The notes under the pieces are model-generated. The model saw only the letters and a list, made by a program, of their open reading frames with translations. It did no database searches and had not been told where the DNA came from. 49,765 nt of DNA, taken from contig CAYFSA010000005.1 of the NCBI GenBank assembly GCA_964345605.1, forward strand, positions 1 to 49,765, written 5' to 3'. Positions within the stretch are counted from its first letter, which is position 1. Each line of letters starts with the position of its first letter. This document shows, piece by piece, positions 45,664-49,765 of the stretch. Source of the stretch: an uncultured Ectothiorhodospiraceae bacterium (GTDB taxonomy: Bacteria; Pseudomonadota; Gammaproteobacteria; CAYFSA01). Position numbers and translations under genes: made by a program.

Positions 45664-46821
45664 TCAATTGCTTCGCGGGCCGCTGACTTTGCGGATTTGC
45701 TGGAGCATAAAACCGACGCCCAGACCCAGTTGGGCGTCAGCACGCTCTAACAGGGGCAGCATGGCCTTGAGCAACAGCGGCATGGCCTGATCGACGGTCT
45801 GGCGGTTGCCGACCCGCAGCAGTTCAACCGCCTCGTCCAGGCTAATATTGGCGACCGGCTCGGCCTGTTCAGGTTCACTGGGCGCTGCCAGGGTTTCTGC
45901 AACCAGCTGATTGCCCCCCGCCTCGATGGCCGAGTGCAAAAACGTTTCCGATTGCTGACGCAGCTCTTCAAAGGTGACTTGCATGCCGAGTGAGGGCGTT
46001 ACCAGAGCAGCGCTGATGGTTATGGTGAACCGATCATTGCCGAGCTGAAACCCGGTTTTGCCGGCGCGATAATGGATCCGTTTGGCCGCTTCTTCGGCTG
46101 ATTCATGGCCGCAGCCGTACATCAGCACGCCAAATTTATCCAGATCCAGCCGCGCCACGGTATCCTCGGCGCGGACATTGTTTTGCAGCAGTTTGGCGAC
46201 AAATTGAACAATCTTCTCGGCGACCCGGCGGCCGCGCTGGCGGAACAGCTCGTCAAAATGGTCGATGTTGACCCGCAGAAACGACAGCTCCACACCCTGA
46301 CGAATGGCCGCAGCCAGCTGCTGCGGGCCATGCTGCTCGAAATACAGCTTATTGGGGAAGCCGGTGGAAGGATCGATGGTGGAATGCTCTGGCTGAGGCT
46401 GCGCCGTGACCAGGTTTTCACCGACCCGTACGTGGGCCCGCGCCCGGGCACGCAGTTGCAGGGAGTCAAAGGGCTTGGTGATGAAATCACTGGCCCCCGC
46501 CTCTAAAGCCTGCTGCCGCTTGGTGTCGTCATCATCGGCGCCGGTGATGATGATGACCGGCAGCTCCTGAATACGCGGGTCGCCGGCATTACGGATTGCC
46601 TGCAACAGTTCGAAGCCGTCCTTGTTGGGCATCATCAGATCGGAGAATACGGCACGAATCGTGGCATCGCCTTCCACCGCTTCCCAGCCGAGCTGGCCAT
46701 CGGCAGCTTCGGCCACGTCGTAATCTTCGCGCAGGATGCGCTTTAATGCCATGCGCATCGTAGCGGAATCCTCAACCACCAACAGGCGGGGTTTTTCAAT
46801 GGCGACAGAGGCGTCAGACAT
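45664..46821 (-). CDS. Response regulator with a degenerate GGDEF domain
   Basis: REC domain (VVED, SDLMMP, KPF); the GGDEF motif reads DLDKF and the RxxD I-site (RAED) is retained. Confidence 0.85.
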   Translation of the reverse strand: MSDASVAIEKPRLLVVEDSATMRMALKRILREDYDVAEAADGQLGWEAVEGDATIRAVFSDLMMPNKDGFELLQAIRNAGDPRIQELPVIIITGADDDDTKRQQALEAGASDFITKPFDSLQLRARARAHVRVGENLVTAQPQPEHSTIDPSTGFPNKLYFEQHGPQQLAAAIRQGVELSFLRVNIDHFDELFRQRGRRVAEKIVQFVAKLLQNNVRAEDTVARLDLDKFGVLMYGCGHESAEEAAKRIHYRAGKTGFQLGNDRFTITISAALVTPSLGMQVTFEELRQQSETFLHSAIEAGGNQLVAETLAAPSEPEQAEPVANISLDEAVELLRVGNRQTVDQAMPLLLKAMLPLLERADAQLGLGVGFMLQQIRKVSGPRSN

Positions 46822-46879
46822 AATTTTCTCCGAATTACATGGGCAAAGCGATGGCGGCGGTTTGCTGGCTGGCTGACCG

Positions 46880-48802
46880 TTAGCTGGAATCCAAATAGGT
46901 ATAGCCGGATAAACCGGCTTGCAGCTCTGCCAACAGAGTACGAGCGCGGGTTATGGGCAGATTGGCCTGATCAACTTTGCGGCGATAGGCAGCCATCAAT
47001 GTTTTGGGCTCGAAGTGCACATATCGCAAGACTTCCTCGGCCGTATCACCGAGTTCGGGGTCGCGCAGACGGTAACTGGTGTGGTCAAGCTCGATATTGA
47101 CAGAATTAGTATCCCCGAACAGATTATGCATATCGCCGAGGATTTCCTGATAGGCGCCCACTAGAAAAACCCCCAGCAAATACGGTTCTCCGGGCGAAGG
47201 ATCATGCAGGGGCAACGTGCTGTCCGTGCCGGGACCGTTGACGTACTGGCGAATCTGCCCGTCCGAATCGCAGGTCAGATCGTGCAAGATGCCGTGCCGC
47301 GCGGGGCGTTCTTGCAGGCGATGCAGTGGCATGATCGGAAAAATCTGATCCAGGCCCCAGACATCGGGAATGGATTTGAAAATGGAAAGATTACAGAAAT
47401 ATTTATCGGCTAACCGCTCGCGCAATTCATCGGTAATTTCCTGCTGATAGCGCCCCCTACCCTGCATGGCCTGGACCAACTTCTGACAGGTGGCGAAATA
47501 TAAGGCTTCGACCCGGGCCCGGACAGACAAATCCAGCAGGCCATGAGCGAACATCACTTGGGCTTCACTGAACCAATGACTGACTTCGTAATAGCGCTCG
47601 CTCAAGGACAGGCCGCTGCTATCCCTGTACAGCCGCCAGAGTTCGTGAAGAATGGCGGGATCCGTCGGCGTGGGGGCGTCTAGCGGCTGCGCCGAGGTAA
47701 TGAACTCGGTATCGATGACCTGGGTGATCAATACAGCGTGATGGGCGGTCATGGCACGACCGGCTTCCGAGATGATATGCGGATGAGGCAGGTCTAGCTC
47801 ATCACATATAGCGCCGAGCTGATGCACGACCGAATGAGCGTATTCCTGCAGGCTGTAGTTGATGGAGAAATAATGCCGCGAGCGCATGCCCTCGTAATCC
47901 ACTCCAAGCCCACCACCGATATCGAAAATATCCAGCGGCGCCCCCCTGGCGCGTAAGGCAGCATAGAGACGGGTGGCTTCTTGCACACCCCGGCGGATAT
48001 CGCGGATACTGGGGATTTGCGAGCCCATGTGAAAATGCAGTAAGCGCAGATCGTCGAGGCAATCCGCTGCCTGCAAGCGTTCCACTGCGGCCAGGGCTTG
48101 CGCTGCGGTCAGGCCGAATTTGGCCCGTTCGCCGCCGGAATTCTGCCATTTACCCCCGCCCAGCGATGCCAGGCGGACCCGAATGCCTAACAGCGGTCGG
48201 ATTTCCAAGGCACGTGCCTGTTCGATGACAGTTTCCAGCTCCGACGGCTTTTCAATAACCACATAAATTGGGTGACCGAGCAGACGGCCCATGAGCGCCA
48301 GGCGGATGTATTCGGCATCTTTGTAGCCGTTACAGATGATCAGGCCGGCTACCGGCGCGAGGCCTAGCACCGCGAGTAATTCCGCTTTACTGCCAGCTTC
48401 CAAGCCGACTCGGATACCGCCATGTTCGAGGATATGGGCGATGACACTGCGCTGCTGATTGACTTTGATAGGATAGACCGCCGTGTATTCACCACGGAAC
48501 CCCACCGTTGCCTGGGCTTTAGCAAAGGCTTCGCCGAGCCGGTCGATACGATCGTGCAAAATGGCGGGAAAGCGCACCAGCACCGGCAATTCCAAGCCTG
48601 CCGCAGTCAGTGACTTGGCCAGCTGATGCATATCGATGCCGGGATGCTCAGGTCTGCCTGGCGGGGTCATGCGTACCCGGCCCTGGGTGTCGATCTGAAA
48701 ATAGCCGTCACTCCAGCCGGCGATGTTGTACAGCTCACGCGCTTGGTCTAGGTCCCAATGAAGGCGTTCCGGCTCGACGGCCGTGGTGGATAGATCGTGC
48801 AT
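46880..48802 (-). CDS. speA: Biosynthetic arginine decarboxylase
   Basis: YPIKVNQ (PLP lysine), HFHMGSQ, DLTCDSDG and GAYQEILGDMHNLFG motifs. Confidence 0.96.
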   Translation of the reverse strand: MHDLSTTAVEPERLHWDLDQARELYNIAGWSDGYFQIDTQGRVRMTPPGRPEHPGIDMHQLAKSLTAAGLELPVLVRFPAILHDRIDRLGEAFAKAQATVGFRGEYTAVYPIKVNQQRSVIAHILEHGGIRVGLEAGSKAELLAVLGLAPVAGLIICNGYKDAEYIRLALMGRLLGHPIYVVIEKPSELETVIEQARALEIRPLLGIRVRLASLGGGKWQNSGGERAKFGLTAAQALAAVERLQAADCLDDLRLLHFHMGSQIPSIRDIRRGVQEATRLYAALRARGAPLDIFDIGGGLGVDYEGMRSRHYFSINYSLQEYAHSVVHQLGAICDELDLPHPHIISEAGRAMTAHHAVLITQVIDTEFITSAQPLDAPTPTDPAILHELWRLYRDSSGLSLSERYYEVSHWFSEAQVMFAHGLLDLSVRARVEALYFATCQKLVQAMQGRGRYQQEITDELRERLADKYFCNLSIFKSIPDVWGLDQIFPIMPLHRLQERPARHGILHDLTCDSDGQIRQYVNGPGTDSTLPLHDPSPGEPYLLGVFLVGAYQEILGDMHNLFGDTNSVNIELDHTSYRLRDPELGDTAEEVLRYVHFEPKTLMAAYRRKVDQANLPITRARTLLAELQAGLSGYTYLDSS

Positions 48803-48934
48803 AGTGGTTGCTGAGCTCAGTTTTCTAGTGGCAGTATAGCGAAGTTGTTTATCGAGATCACATCAACGCTGGGGCTGACCTGCGGAATCAGCGGGTTATG
48901 ATCAAGGCTGTTTTGCAAGCAAAGGGGATGCACT

Positions 48935-49765
48935 GTGGACCTGCAAGCAACGCGCTGGTTTACTGAAATTTGTGAAGAATGCGGCATGGCCATTTCATTG
49001 CGCCAGGATGCCTGCTTATATGATGCGCATAGCGATTATCAGCATATCCAGGTCTACCGAACGGCTGCCTTCGGCCATCTGTTGGTGATTGATGGCTTCA
49101 TCATGCTGACCGCACGGGATAATCACATTTATCATGAAATGCTTGTGCATCCGGCGCTATTTTCCCATCCCCGGCCGCGGGACGTATTGATTATCGGCGG
49201 CGGCGATTGTGGTACGTTGCGCGAGGTGCTGCGCCATCCCGACGTCGAGCAAGTCACTCAAGTGGAGCTGGATGAGCAGGTTACTCGAGTGTGCGAGCGG
49301 TTTTTCCCCGAGTTATGCAGTGCCAATGAGGATCCGCGGGCCGCCCTGCAGTTCGCCGATGGCATTGCCTGGGTCGAGAATATGGCAGATCGGTCCGTGG
49401 ATGTCATTATCGTCGATAGCACCGACCCGATTGGTCCCGCCGAGGGGCTGTTCAGCGAGCCGTTCTATCGCCAATGCCACCGCGCGCTGCGCTCGGATGG
49501 TTTGCTGATTCAGCAAAGTGAATCACCGCTGGTGCATTTAGAAACCATCATCCAACCGATGCATGCCGCGATGCAACAAGCCGGATTCAATGAAGTGAAA
49601 TTGTTACATTTCCCCCAACCAACTTATCCGTCCGGTTGGTGGAGTGCCAGCTTGGCCAGTGTTACCGGGCAAGTGGCTTACTCACGCGAGGCTGCGGCGG
49701 CCGAGTTAGCAACGCAGCTGCGTTACTATAATCCGGGTGTCCATCGCGGTGCGATGGCCTTGCCT
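48935..49765 (+). CDS. speE: Polyamine aminopropyltransferase (spermidine synthase family), 3' end beyond the window
   Basis: Not in the ORF track; manual translation from GTG 48935 gives MDLQATRWFTE...YHEMLVHPAL...IIGGGDCGTLREV...IVDSTDP...YPSGWWS, open to the window end. Confidence 0.93.
   Translation, partial: MDLQATRWFTEICEECGMAISLRQDACLYDAHSDYQHIQVYRTAAFGHLLVIDGFIMLTARDNHIYHEMLVHPALFSHPRPRDVLIIGGGDCGTLREVLRHPDVEQVTQVELDEQVTRVCERFFPELCSANEDPRAALQFADGIAWVENMADRSVDVIIVDSTDPIGPAEGLFSEPFYRQCHRALRSDGLLIQQSESPLVHLETIIQPMHAAMQQAGFNEVKLLHFPQPTYPSGWWSASLASVTGQVAYSREAAAAELATQLRYYNPGVHRGAMALP

Overview
This window is the replication-origin region of a gammaproteobacterial chromosome. The host is probably a Chromatiales-like anoxygenic phototroph, inferred from a BciB-type 8-vinyl reductase and a sucrose-cycle cluster. 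The core block is atpCDGAHFEBI-parB-parA-rsmG-mnmG-mnmE-yidC-rnpA-rpmH on the minus strand and dnaA-oriC-dnaN-recF-gyrB-ubiD on the plus strand. oriC lies between dnaA and dnaN and has about 10 DnaA boxes and DnaA-trio-like repeats. There are two parS palindromes, one in recF and one over the rpmH start codon. The left flank holds a GAF-PAS-PAS-GGDEF cyclase with kinase remnants, an RHH/PIN toxin-antitoxin pair, a WHy lipoprotein, ilvBNC with a psd-like gene, a CCDC90/DUF1640 coiled-coil gene, a three-gene pnt transhydrogenase, an HNH nuclease, bciB and a DnaQ-Cho fusion. The right flank holds a fructokinase/SPS-SPP-like/amylosucrase operon, a REC-degenerate GGDEF protein, speA and a partial speE. 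No rRNA, tRNA, CRISPR array or transposase was seen. The most notable observations are: a full-length SPS-SPP protein with active-site motifs altered in both domains but coupled to intact sucrose-catabolic enzymes; an rnpA with no conventional start codon; parS over the rpmH start; apparently inactive PSD-like and PIN proteins; and a GC trough centred on oriC/parS. All calls come from motif recognition by eye; no database searches were run.
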